DNA of 64,000 bases, from positions 1 to 64,000 of the forward strand of contig JALDZX010000060.1 of assembly GCA_022813865.1 (NCBI GenBank), given 5' to 3'. Of the stretch, positions 11,450-25,105 are shown one piece after another; the first letter of the stretch is position 1, and each line of letters starts with the position of its first letter. The position numbers and the translations under genes are program-made. The DNA is from Xylographa opegraphella (taxonomy: Eukaryota). Under the pieces are notes generated by a model. That model was not told the DNA's origin. It was given only the letters and a program-made list of their open reading frames with translations, and made no database searches.

Positions 11450-12750
11450 AATTATTTAAAACAAAACGTAATTCGCTTTAATTAGTAACAAAAAGAATTT
11501 AAGCAATTTATATTTTTAATGTTATTAATAAAAACGACCAACTGATAAACTTTTAATAAATATTAAATTTTATGAATATTATAATACAACACGAAAAAAC
11601 CATTAAACGTAATTGAAATATTATTATTGAACAATTTATTATTTAAAGATATAAAAATATATTAATAATATAAAAATCAGAACACAGCCCCGCCGTTATA
11701 AAATCGTATAACGCAAATATTCACAAATTTTATTTTATTAATAATTTAAACCTCTTATTATAAATATATATTTATATAAGTAAATAAAAATAATAATATA
11801 TAAAACGCAAACGCGGCGGAAAAAAACCATTATAATATTGTAATTACTATTTAAACTAGCGCTAAACTAAAAAACACGATATATTTATATAATATTTATA
11901 GTTCGTTTTTTATTAATAAACTTATAAAAAGACTTTTTTTAATTCTGCTTAAATTAAATATTAAATTATAGTAACAAAATATATTGTAATAAAAAAATTC
12001 ATTTATATATACTATTCGTGTTAAAACAAAAGGAATTATTTAAATATTTATAATACGTTCGCTTAATTTATGAATTCGAAATAGCCGATAAAATTAACAA
12101 GGTCGATATTTTAGAATATATAAAATAATTACATTAAATCTTAAAATATTTTCAAAATAATTTAATAAAGCAGAGAAAAAATTTACATTAAAATAAAAAT
12201 ATATATATAAATAATTTATTAATAGTAATTTTTATCGCGATCGCGAAAATTTATATATTACAAAAGAAAATACGTATTAATAGTTATATTGTAATTATAA
12301 TATAATTTGTAATTAATAATTAAAAATAATAGTAACCCGGTCTCAGAAACAAAAAAATAATAAAAATAATAATTTAAAATTTCTAGCGAAATTTAAATAA
12401 AATACTATAAAGGTAAACAATAAATATTTACTCACGAAAGAGATTTTAGCGATTTAAACTTATAAAGAAATTTTTTATAAATCTTTATTAGCGTAAATAA
12501 GCTTTTGCATAATTTAAAATATAATAAAATTTCTAATTATTTATTATTCGATTATTTTATCGAAAGTTGCGCTATTTAAATAAAAGAAATCACAAAAATT
12601 ATAAAAAAAATTTAAAATACCTTTTATGTATTATAAGTATTTATAGCAGTTTTTATAATAATTTATTAAAAGTTGCCGTATTTAAAATCTGAAATTTATA
12701 AAAAATAATCGCTTTACAATTTTTGTTCGGCAGTTAAAATAACACTATAA
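11450..12750 (+). pseudogene. Possible RIPped DUF6589-like transposon protein relic
   Basis: Degenerate motifs in the expected order: FINNLNL (~DNIN), KINKVDI (~INEA), NNLLI (~GDLLT). Heavily degraded and tentative. Confidence 0.25.
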
Positions 12751-13614
12751 ACAATTTTAATTATAATTATCAATAATTTTTTTCATATTTTGAAATAATA
12801 ATTTTTTTTCCCTTAATAATTATAATTATAACGCTAAAATTAAAATTTATTTTGAAATAAAGATTTAATTTAACGGGCGTTAAATTTAGTGCTTTAAGAA
12901 TTTTCAAAATTTCTTTCAACTTTATCTTTATAAATTTTATCGATTGTCGGTTGACTTTTTTTATTAAAAAAATTATGAAACGAAAATACAAATAAAAAAA
13001 TAATACCCAATTTATTTCGCGTCGTGCTTAAATTCGCTTAATATACTGAATTAATAATATTTAATAATTTATTATTAAATATTAATTAAACATTCGGCCC
13101 TTTTTAAAAATCGCTATAACTAGTTTTTTAATATAATTTTTAAATATTATGGTCTAAAGAATTATTCGAATTAAATATTAAACCTTTTAATTAATAGTTT
13201 CTTATTATATACGATATTTTTTTTAACTTTTAAAAAATTTAAATTATACAGCATTTATCTCCTAAAGTTTTTATAATCAAAAAAAAACTTTGTATTTATT
13301 TTATATTTTTTGCCTATTTAAAGTTTTAAAGTTTTAAAGTTTTTTATTTGTAAAAGTTTAAAAGTTTATTATAAGTTTAGACGTGATTTACTTATTTATA
13401 TAAAACATAAAAGATCGCGAATCGATTTGGACGTAGATTTTTTATTTATATGAAAGGCAAGAGGTCGTAATCGATTAAAAAATATTTTTTTTATTTATAT
13501 AAAGGGTAAGAGGCCGCGATCGATTTAAATATTATTTTTTATTTGCGAAAAAACAAGGGCCGTACTCGTTTGTTTTTTATGTAATTAGTAATTTAGCTTA
13601 ATTTTAATAAAATA

Positions 13615-13790
13615 AAATAAATATAAGAAAATTAATACAATAAAATTGATATAATCCAATTAATATAATCAAATTAGTATAATAAAATTAATACAATAAA
13701 ATTAATAGAATAAAATTAGTAGAATAAAATTAATAGAATAAAATTCATAGAATAAAATTAATATAATAAAATTAATATAATAAAATCAAA
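13615..13790. repeat. Degenerate 15-bp tandem repeat
   Basis: Repeated ATAAAATTAATA(C/G/T)AA units. Confidence 0.7.
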
Positions 13791-15509
13791 GAACGTTATT
13801 ACTTTTAGTTTATTTTTAAATTTTTTAATGATTTTTTATTGATAATATACACACTAGCAGAAATTCTTATGCGATAATCAATTAATTTGATTTCTTAAAT
13901 CATTTATTAAACAAATAATGATTTCTTTTACTAAAAATTTTATGAAAATTTAATTTTAATTAATATTTTTCATATCTTAATTTTTTTGTTTAATTATACT
14001 ATTGGGGACTTTTTAAAAAAGTTTTATATTAACAAAATAAATTATAATCGAGATTTTAATTTTTACTACTATTTGATTTATAGTTAAAATTAATTTATTT
14101 AATTTATTCGTAAACAGGATTTATTGCGAGTAATTAATAATTAAATTATTATTATTAATCGTTTTAACTTTATTCGATAATTAAAGTTATTAATGAATAA
14201 ATAATAACATTATTTATCTAAACTTCAGCCTTTATAAATATTTGAATTATAAAATTAAAATTTTAATTTCGCCAACGACGTTAAATCAATTTAAAAATTG
14301 CTATAACTTTTATAATTAAATTATATATATCATTACTTTTTCGTTTTCTATATTTTATGTTATTATTAATATTAATTTGCGATTACTATTTTAATTTTTT
14401 TTAATCAATCTTTATTTTATTTAATATAGTTAAATAAGTTTTAAATCTTTAAAAAATTTAAAAAATAAAAATATTAAAAATTGCCGAACGAACCTTTGAA
14501 TTACGATATACGAAATAAATTATCGTATAAAAATTAATTATTCAAATTATATATTACGTTATTGTCGCAATAGAGTTCGTATTAAAGAAGAAATTTATAA
14601 TTAAAAATTATTCAATAAATAATAAACTTTAACCTATTATAGAATTTAAAGTCAATAAAAGGTTTTTATTTGATAAAAATTCCAAATTATTATTTTATTT
14701 GATCGTATTACTTTTATAATTTAAATCTTTAATTTTAAAGTTTAATTTAAAATGCGACGTATTAATTCTATTAAAAGAATTTTTGTATATTTATAATCGT
14801 TACGGCTCGATGCGAATTCTTTTGAAATTTATTTATAAAAATAAACGAATTAATTAAAATAATATGTTAAAATTTGTAAGCGTTTTTTACATACTACGAT
14901 AAATCATTTTTTAATAATTTATATTAATAGTTAAAATATAAAAAAAATATTGCCGATAACTATAAAGAATAACTCGAGGGTTAATTATTAAATTATAATA
15001 TAATATTTATCTATTTTTTATTATATCGCAGTATATTTATACCAAAGTAATAAATATATTCATTGCAATAAAAAATAGAAATGAAAATATTAAGCGCTCA
15101 AGTTAAAATAGTTTGATAAATAATATTAATTACTATAAAATTTATTATAATTTTAAGCCTTATAAATAATTTTTTTAATTTTTATATTAATTATATTTTT
15201 AGCTGTATAGTAACTCGTTTCGCGTATATAATATATGAGTTATTTATTAATTAAATCAATAAAAGTATTTATATATAATAAAACTGTATTTTTTAAATTT
15301 TATTATTATTAACATTTTTATTATTTTTTATAAAATTATTAAAATAAATATTAAATCCGTAAAGACTTAATTATTCGATTTAATGAATTTAAATTTTTTA
15401 TAATTTCTTTGATTACTTTAGTAAACAATCGTTTAAAAAGTAATAATTTATAAAAAAAATTTAAAAGCGTCGTATTCTACGTAACACTCGAGCTGTATTG
15501 TAATTTATT

Positions 15510-15580
15510 ATTATAAATATTATAAATATTATAAATATTATAAATATTATAAATATTATAAATATTATAAATATTATAAA
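15510..15580. repeat. 9-bp microsatellite (TATAAATAT)n
   Basis: Perfect tandem units read directly. Confidence 0.85.
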
Positions 15581-15873
15581 ATAAACGATTCAATATTTAT
15601 TACTAAATTTTACTCGATACATTTTGCGGCTTAAATTTATAATTATTATTTTTATCAAGTTTTTACTAACGCGAGGTAATTTTACTATTGTTATAAAAAA
15701 ATTTATTTTCAAAAGTTTTAATATTATTTTTATAAAAATAGTTAAAATTAAAGGGATGATATGAAATCTTTAATAATAAAGTTTTTAATAATAATAAAAA
15801 AACGAAGGCGGAAAAAAACGGAAAATCAGGTTTATAAAATTAAATGATATTGAAAAATGAGCGCCTGACTAAA

Positions 15874-16205
15874 TGTTACGATCCTGCCTCTCACTAGTAT
15901 AGTTCGATTAGGGATCTGGGTTGGATTCGTCAATGAGTNNNNNNNNNNTCACGATGCAGTCTTAATGCTCCAGTCTAATAGTCTTCGTACAGTATTGTAT
16001 TGAAGCCTAGTAGCCTAAGATCATAACGTGAGTTGAACACGCCCTTCTACAACATAGGAAAACCTCCACTCTATATAGAAGTCCTGTTCTGCGATACCTC
16101 CTATGCCTACCCTGCCTCTGTAGCCGGGGCCGCAGAGGCAATGGAGGCATCGGACTATAGTTCTTCCAATCCTTGTTTCACACAGTATCGGCTAGAACCT
16201 TATCA
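15874..16205 (-). mobile_element. Solo LTR, family C, inside the family D LTR
   Basis: TGTTAC...TTATCA termini, TSD CTAAA. Reverse complement resembles LTR 19604-19966. Confidence 0.88.
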
Positions 16206-17264
16206 CTAAAGAATTTATAATCGCGTAGTAATATAAAAAAACTAAATTTTAACTATAAACAAAAGGTTTAATTATATAGTAACTCGCTAGAATATTTAAA
16301 TAAAGTAAAAAAAAAGTTTAAATTAAGTTAAAGGTTAAAATTTAAAGTTTATAATAAATCCCTTTAATTATAAAAAATCTAATATTTACGCTTAATAAAA
16401 TTTATATATTAATATAAATACGTTTAAATTTTTTTAATCGACCTTTTTTTTCCGCTGGTAATAACACGTTAGTATTATTTTTTTCTATCGATTTTAATAA
16501 TTTTCGACCGGGCATATTAAATATATATTTTTTATCGTTTTATTATAATCGTTAATGAACTTTCGTGCGTGGTTTAAATCTTTTTTCTTATTATTTATTA
16601 TATTATATTCCATACTTTTTCTATTTAATTAAATTTTCTACCATAAGTTTTCTACGAAGTACCTTTTCCCGTTTATTTAATAATTGATTTAATTTAAAGG
16701 AATTATTTTCATAATTATTAATATATACCACCGCAAGTTAATTAAAAATAATTTTATAATAAAAATCGAGCTTTAAATCTAGCGTAAAATCAAGCAATAC
16801 GATCGTAAAAATTAAATAAATTTTTTAATCTATTAAAAATTCGAATTAATATATTAATTATTTTGCTTTTTTAAATTTTTTTAAAAAGGTTTTGAATATT
16901 AAGGGAAAAGTTTTCTACTAAAAAATAATAAAAATATTGTATTTTTTATATAAATAAATTATCGCGAAATTGTCGACTAATACAAAAATCGCGGTATATT
17001 TCCTATCGTAATATTTCTTTGTCGATATATTCGCAAAAGTCATTACTCTTTGACCTTTATTTTATATCGCTAAAAATAATAGGCTATTTCTTTTTCGTCA
17101 AAATTTATTAAAAAATTCGCTAAATTTAATATTTTAAATCCTTCGTTTAGACGTATTTCTTGCGTAATTTCGTTAACGATTTTTATTATAATCGAATTTA
17201 TAAAATTATTGAACGTTATTTATAAAAATAATAAAAGATTCAATTAATTCTTAAATAATTTTAA

Positions 17265-17521
17265 CGTAAAGAAATTCGTAGGAAGTCCGCAGCAGTTTAA
17301 TCAAATAGGCAAAGAAGTAGGCAAAAGAATCGAATCAGGGTCGCAGCTGGGTCAAGTCTTTTCTGAATAAAGTCTTTATCCGTTCCACAGACAGTGAAAA
17401 GAAGGGGAAAAATGAATTAATTGCCGTTGTGGCTCTGCTGCTTTATTGCTATGTATAAATGCATGAGGAAAAAAGCTTCAAATCAGAAAGCGCCCAAAGG
17501 ACCCGCCCCGAATACACCACA
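17265..17521 (-). mobile_element. Solo LTR, family E
   Basis: Matches 58958-59213 and the reverse complement of 46241-46380. Absent from the homologous site at ~54325. Flanked by TTAA. Confidence 0.8.
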
Positions 17522-20500
17522 TTAATTTCGCGATCATATATCGCAGGGTTATTTTAATAAGTTAATTAATTTTTTAAACTAACCGTTAATTTAAAAGTAA
17601 TATATAGTAAAGTATAGCGATTTTACTTTTGGAATTTAAAAACCCTTTTTTTAAGTTTCGGTAAAAACTTTCGATCCCTATTTGATAATATAATATTCAG
17701 AATAAATTATTTAATAATTTAAAAATATACAAAAAACTTTTTAATTTAATTCTTTGCCGTATAAATACTTTTCCCTAATATTATATCAATTTTTTACTAA
17801 ATTTCTATATTATAATAAAGCAGTAATCGTATTTCTATTATAATTTTAATAAAGCGAGGATAAAATCTATTATTATAAAATAATAAAAAATATTAAGCAT
17901 TAAAATTAGCTAAAGATTTCTTTAAAATTTATGCCGCTTAATTTAATTTTTAAAATGTTATTAATAAAATTTAATATACGCTTTAAAACAATATTCAAGC
18001 TGGTAAATATATAAAAAAATCGTAGTTATTTTATAAATATAATAATATTCAGTATAATCGTATACATCGTACGTTATATTTTATATAATACGTTTTTTAT
18101 TGAATCGTACGAAATATACAGTTTTTTCGATTATTTTTATAATTTAATAAATAAAAATACTTATTATTTTTTTATATAGTAAAGATATCGCGTACGTATT
18201 CAAAATATCGTTTTTATAATTTTTTTCAAAGATTTTATGCTAATGAGTATCGCTTTCGTATTTAACAATGAATTTAATTTCAAAATTAAATAACATTTTT
18301 ATTATAATTGTTTAATAATTATATAAATAATTAAATTTATTATAAAAATTATTATAGTCGTTGCGCGTATTGTCGCTATTTAATTTAAAAATAACGTTTA
18401 ACATAATATAAAATCAATCGGGCTTGTACTTAATAATAAATTTAAATTTTTGAAAATATTTTAAAGCTTTGATAAATCGTAGATTAAATTTTTTAATCTT
18501 TATAATTAACAGGTTAATTTAAATTACGATAACAGTAATTATAAAATAATTAATACATATTATTGCGATTGATTTTCTTACGACTTTTAATATATATTAA
18601 ATTTTTTTAATAATCCAGATTAAATATGCTATATTTATTTTAATAATCCAGATTAAATATGCTATATTTATTTTGATAAATTAATATCTTTTTTTATATT
18701 GATTAAGGCTTTGCTAAAAAAATATAATATATTGAATATTAAAATATTTTAATATAAAAATAGATTTATAATCTTAGCGTTCATTATTTAAAAAAATATT
18801 TTAACATCGAATAAAATAATAAACGTGTTTTTATATTCGTTAATATTTTTAATATAACAAATATAAAGTTTTATTTCGCGTTTTTAAAACGTATCGATAT
18901 CGTAGAAAAGCCATCGTAATAAATTAAAATACGCCAAAATAAACAAATTATTAAAAACGTTTTTAAATTTTTAAAAAAATTCAGTTCAACTAAGGTTAAA
19001 TTATTTATAAATAAATTTATTGCCGGTTTTCGTTATACATTATTAACGTTATATTTTACGAAATTTTGATTAAATATTTTTCTGCGTTTTTTTTAAAAAC
19101 GATATTAAATAAATATACCTCGCGACGTAATTACAAAAATCTTTAATTATTTTTAAATATATTTCAAGTTTATATTATAGAAATATTTAAAAAAAATTAT
19201 TTTAAAATTATTTTCTATCATTATGAAATCGAAGATATTAATCTTTTAGCGTGATAAATTTACATTTAAATAATTTAAAAAAGATTTATTTAGGGCTAAA
19301 TATATATTATATTTAAATAAATACGAAGAAACTGCGTATAAATAAAATAATATTTTTTAACATATTTAAATAAATTACTGCGCTATTAATATACATTTTA
19401 CAGTAAATCTTATATTCTTTATAATATCGTTGATTTTTTCATATATAAACAAAGCTATTACAGTAATTTATTAATATAATGTTAAATATTTTTTGTTCTG
19501 ATAAGACACGACTGAGAGGCGATTTTAATAAAAATTATAAATTTATTATTACTAAAGAAATTAATTATAGTTTATTATCGATACATATATTGCTTTGCGT
19601 ATTTAATAAGGTTTTAACCAATGTTGTGTGAAACAAGGGTCGGAGGAACCTTATTCCGGCTGCCTCCTCTGCCTCTGTAGAAGGCATAGAAGGAGTGACC
19701 CCTGAAACCTCGATGGCCTCCTCGGGAGGTATAGAAGGCATTTTAAAACAGGACTTTTATATAAAGCGAAGGATTTCCTTACTGTAAAAGGCGTATTCAA
19801 TTCATGTTATAATCTTAGAATAGTAAGCTTCAATATAAATCTCTTATACGAAAACTATTATTCTTAAAGAATTATTAAACTGTTACTATGCCTTCCTATT
19901 TATTTATTAACGAATTCAACCAAGATCCTTAGTCGAAATATATTAATAAGAAGCAGAATCGTATCACTTTAAACATTTTTAAAATAAGTGTATCAGGAGC
20001 ATAATCAAACTTTCCCCCAAGTATTATAAAAAATAATAAAAAAATACCACAGAAGAAAATAATCGCGTCAAGGTAAAAAGACCTAATAAGTATAAAGAAA
20101 ATAGGGATCATTTAAAAAATTAGCTTATATAAATGGATTTATTCTTTGAGTTCCAAGGAAATAGTATCCCAGAGTTAAAAAAATCACTTTTCGCTATCAC
20201 GTACATGCGAGGACAAGCTTAGAAATAAATTATCTTTTATTTTAAGAAATATTTCGAAAACCCTAACAACGAAGACTTTAGGTGGTTAAAAAAACTTTAC
20301 AACGTTTAAGGTCGAAATTCGAAAAGTTTTCAGATCATTAAACAAGAAAAACACGGCAATACGAATCATACAGCATTTTAGACAAAAGAGATTTTGTGTA
20401 AAATACTCAAGTCGATTTCAGCAGTTTGCGATACAGACTGAATAAAACGATAATACTTTGATTGTAATATACCGTAAGGGACTTAAAGATTCGGTAAAAA

Positions 20501-23257
20501 ATAAATTAATAAGGACTGGTGCTGCAATCAAGACTATGGATCAGATAATCGAAATATGCATAAAAATTTACGACAAGCTATAAAAAAAAGCCATAGAACG
20601 CAGACACGAAATCGAAGGCACAACAAGAATTAAATCCTAGAAAAACGGCTTTCAAGCAAAGAAAAAATCGTACAAAACGTCGAATTCTTATGGACTGATG
20701 CCAATAGAGGTAAATGTATTTTAAAAGCAAAAGCAGAGTTTTAAGAAACAGCACTTACGGGGTAAAAAACCAGGGATTACCTGTTACGTATGTAAAAAGA
20801 TCGGCTATATTGCGAAGAACTGTCGGTCGAAAAACAAAATGCCTAGACCATAAATAAACGTACATTTAAAATTTTCGATCAAAACGAAATTTAGAAAAAA
20901 AGACCATCAGCTGTCTTTATGCAAGAAAGAGAATACAGAACTCATCTTAATTTCAAGCAATCAGGCCAGTACAAGCAGAAACAACGAAAAGGTTGATACC
21001 CAGAAAGACATTACTTTATATCAAGAAGACAGTCTTTGGGTAGAAATCAACAACAACGAAGAAAGCAACTCAAATATTAGCAGCCTACAAATCGGGGGGG
21101 ACCCCAAGGAACAAAATATCGAGTTAGACAATCCCGACAACTAGACCTATAAAGAAACTGACGAGCCAAAAAAGTCGAAGAATACAGTAAATAATCACTG
21201 GGATTATCGAGTAGATCCAGAACATCCACGTTACGAAATAATATATTATAGTGCTTATACAAGCATTTACTACAGAGTTTATTAAAAAGATCATAAATAC
21301 AACGGCCGCATAGATAAAGTCTGTTATAAAACTTAAATTTGGGATAAATGCTTTAAAAACGAATGCCCATGGCATTTAAGAGAAATACGAAGGCATTTAT
21401 CCTTTCCGGAATATATACAAGAATTCTGCAATAACTTAATTATATACGGAACCCGTCCAGAGAAAAATAACTACGGAAACTCGTTATAACAATGGTATTT
21501 CCATGGATGATGTATAATATACATAGAAGTCAAAGAAATTTACGGCTATCTCGAACAGGGAAAAAAATAATCCCATATATTATGAAAAAATATATAAAGA
21601 TTAATATAATATACCCCAAAACACACTGGAAGGAGCCAGACTGTGTAAATTTTATAAAGATTTCGATTATTATAAACAGTTATTGAACAACCGTATTATT
21701 AAATATTAGAATTAATTTAAATTATATATTCAGCACTTTCGCGAAGAGCTGTGACTTCGAATCATTAGTTTTGGAATAGATTCAAATAATAATGGCCGAC
21801 GGGTTATCAAGAAAAAAAAAGAGCGACACACAAGATCATTTCCTGTCGCTATTTATTAATATCATGAAAAAATAATCTTTAGTATAATTATCATGGCCAG
21901 GTACTATATCATTCTAGGCTTATTTTAGTAAATCAAGCATAATATATTCCTAAACTGGGACAGAGAAGTACTTATCAAGAAGCATATTAATCGCGTTATT
22001 AATATATATTCTATACATCGACAAAGAACGATAATAAATAAATAAAAAAACCGAAAACCGGTCGAGATTATAGATATTTTATTTTTAAATAAAAACGATT
22101 TTACTCTAGGGTTCGGCTTGATACGCACTAGTATAGATTAGTAAAACAAAATAAATCAGAGTTTGAAAAGAAGTAACGCATCTTTTGACATCCCTAAAGA
22201 GTATAAAGCATGGACATGACTTTTTCAGGAAAAGGAAGGACTTAATGCTCTACCTAAGCACCAACCTTAGAACTGTGAGATTAACGATATGTTAAAAAAA
22301 GGACTTTAGGAGCTTTGCAAGTACATCGAAGAAAGTCTAAAAAAGGGATTTATACGCGAATCAAAATTCTTAGCAGAATATTCAGTAATATTTATATTTA
22401 AGAAAGACGGAAGCTTGAAACCTTGCATCGATTATCGAAAATGAAACGATATTATTATTAAAAATCGATATTCGCTACCGAAAATTAGCGAGATACGGAA
22501 TAAACTCGATAAAGCCAAAATTTTTATCAAGCTCGACCTTAAGGGCGTATACAATTTAATCAGGATAGAAAAAGGTAAGAAATAAAAGACTGCATTTCGA
22601 AGCAAATATGGGTATTATAAGTACCAAGTTATGCCTTTTAGGTTAATCAACGTATTTATTATTTATTAAACGTTAATCAACAACCTATTAAAGGCGTACT
22701 TGGATTCAATAATGATAATCTATTTGGACGATATACTTATTTACTCAGAATTAGCAGAGGAACATATAAAATATATACAGAAAATACTTACTTATTTAGG
22801 AAAAGCAGGACTACTTTTTAAATCAGAAAAATATAAATTCAGTAAAAACAAGGTAGTCTTTCTAGGATTCGTATTTAATAAAAAAAATCAAAATAAACCC
22901 AGGAAAGATAAAGACCATACTCGAATAGCCTTAACCAATAATAGTAAAAAAAATTTAAAATTCCTAGGATTTGCAAACTTTAATAGAACTTTCATTAAAA
23001 ATTACTTTAAAAAGGCGATATCTTTAACAAACCTGATACATAAGGATGTAAGCTTCAAATGGGATTCGAATCAACAACGAGCCTTTAATATTTAAAAAAA
23101 AATTCTATACAACCACCAGTTTTAATAATATTCCAGGTAGAAAAACCTGCAAGAATGGAGATAAATGTATTAAATTTAGCCATAAAGGCATGTTTATTGC
23201 AGATGCAAAATAGGAAATAACACCCTATTATATATTATTCAAAAAAATGTTACAAGC

Positions 23258-23506
23258 TGTAACGGCGTGTTACATGGCACCTTAACAAGTGATAGACGGA
23301 ACGGGACTAAAGCGCGTCCGGGACTNNNNNNNNNNNNNNNNNNNNNNNNNNNNNNNNNNNNNNNNNNNNNNNNNNNNNNNNNNNNNNNNNNNNNNNNNNN
23401 NNNNNNNNNNNNNNNNNNNNNNNNNNNNTATTATTCTAGGTTGAAATCGCTCACCTATAGCTGAGGTTCTAGGCCTGCTTTTCTGGTGAGATAGCGAGCC
23501 GTAACA
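23258..23506 (+). mobile_element. Solo LTR, family A, inside the RNase H region of element 2
   Basis: TG...CA termini, TSD CAAGC, spans an N gap. Confidence 0.9.
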
Positions 23507-25105
23507 CAAGCAGAACAAAATTATAATATTTACAATAAGGAATTACTTGCTATGTTAATATAGATTTAAAACTGAAAAGTATATATAGAAAGTTGTTCAG
23601 AACTGATTATATATATAAATTATAAGAATTTATTAAGCTTTACCACGATAAAAGTACTTAACAGAAAGTAAATACGATAAGCAGAACTATTAGAATAATA
23701 TAAATTCAAAATCATATATATATCAGGTAAAAATAATGGAAAAGCAGAAACACTCAGCAGAAGAAAAAACCTTATAAACAAGGAATTAATAAATAAAGCC
23801 CTATTACGAAAGAATAGCAACGGAGCTTTTATTCTAACAAAACAAATTGTAGCTTTCGAAATAAAAGGAATTACAAAAGATTTGACAGAATCGTCAGCAG
23901 AAAAAATAATCAAATATTATCACGATAAGACAATTAATAGTTATTTAAAAATTATTAAAACGATAGAATTTATAAAAAGAAACTATGAATTCCCGAACAT
24001 GAAAAAACATATAGAAAAGTATATCAAAAAGTGTATACCATGCCAAAAGAATAAATCAACAAGAAACGTAGTATATAAAAACATTTAGTTTTAAAAGGTA
24101 TTAAACAGACCATAGAAATAGATCTTGATCGACTTTATTACCAAATTGCTAAAATTAGAGTATTCAATAACGGGATAAAAGTACGACTTAATAATAATAC
24201 TTATAAATAAACTTACGAAATACTTTATTATTATTTTTTAAAGAAACGTTTACAGTAGAATAGTTGATATTCCTTTTGTTAAACAGATTGATAAGAGATT
24301 ATGGTTTTTTAGCTAAAATTATTTCCGATAGGGACAAATTGTTTACATTCAACTTTAAAAGACTCCAATGTCTAAACTAGGAATTAAATTAAGAATGTCA
24401 ACAGTTTATTACCTACAGACAGATAAACAAATTAAAAAAATAAATCAAAACTTGAAAGTATACCTACGGCGCTTTATAAATTCAAAACAGAATAATTAGG
24501 TATTATTATTGCTTTTAGAACAACTGGCATTAAATAATAAACAATCTGCGATTACAGGACTATCGCCTTTCTTCGCGAATTCAGGGCGTCATTCTTAATT
24601 ATTTAAAGACAAGAGACCAGAACCTAATGCAAACAAAGCAATAATATTAGCCAAAGATTTAAAGACTACGCATAAGGCGTTATTCAAGAAAATCGAACAA
24701 AGTAACGACAAATTCGCTGCAACAAGATATAAAGATATCAAGAATGGACCTTAACTAAAGAAGAGGGATAAAGTTTACCTTCTTACGAAGAACTTGATAA
24801 TCAGCAAGAAACGAAGCAAGAAACTTAATTATACTAAAGTCGGACCATCCTTAATTAAGCAAGTCAAAAGACCATTTAATTACCTTCTCAACCTGCCAAA
24901 AGATGCGAAAATATACTCAGTATTTTATATGTCCTTATTAGAACCTGCGGACGCCAGTACTCCAGTATAAATAACCTTTTAATATAAAAAAAAAGAAGAA
25001 CAGGAATTCGAAGTGAAAAAATCTTGGACAAGCAAGGTCAGAGATATTTGGTTAAATAAAAAAGTTACCCAGAATCGAACAATACTTGGGAACCACTTAC
25101 TAGCC

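Noticed and set aside
22700..23095. RT ORF as a functional gene
   Set aside because: Fragment of RIP-broken pol with stops and frameshifts on both sides.
23267..23464. Recurrent small ORF MLHGTLTSDRRNGTKARPG (also ~2190 and ~55062)
   Set aside because: Recurs only because it lies within solo LTR family A and reads through Ns.
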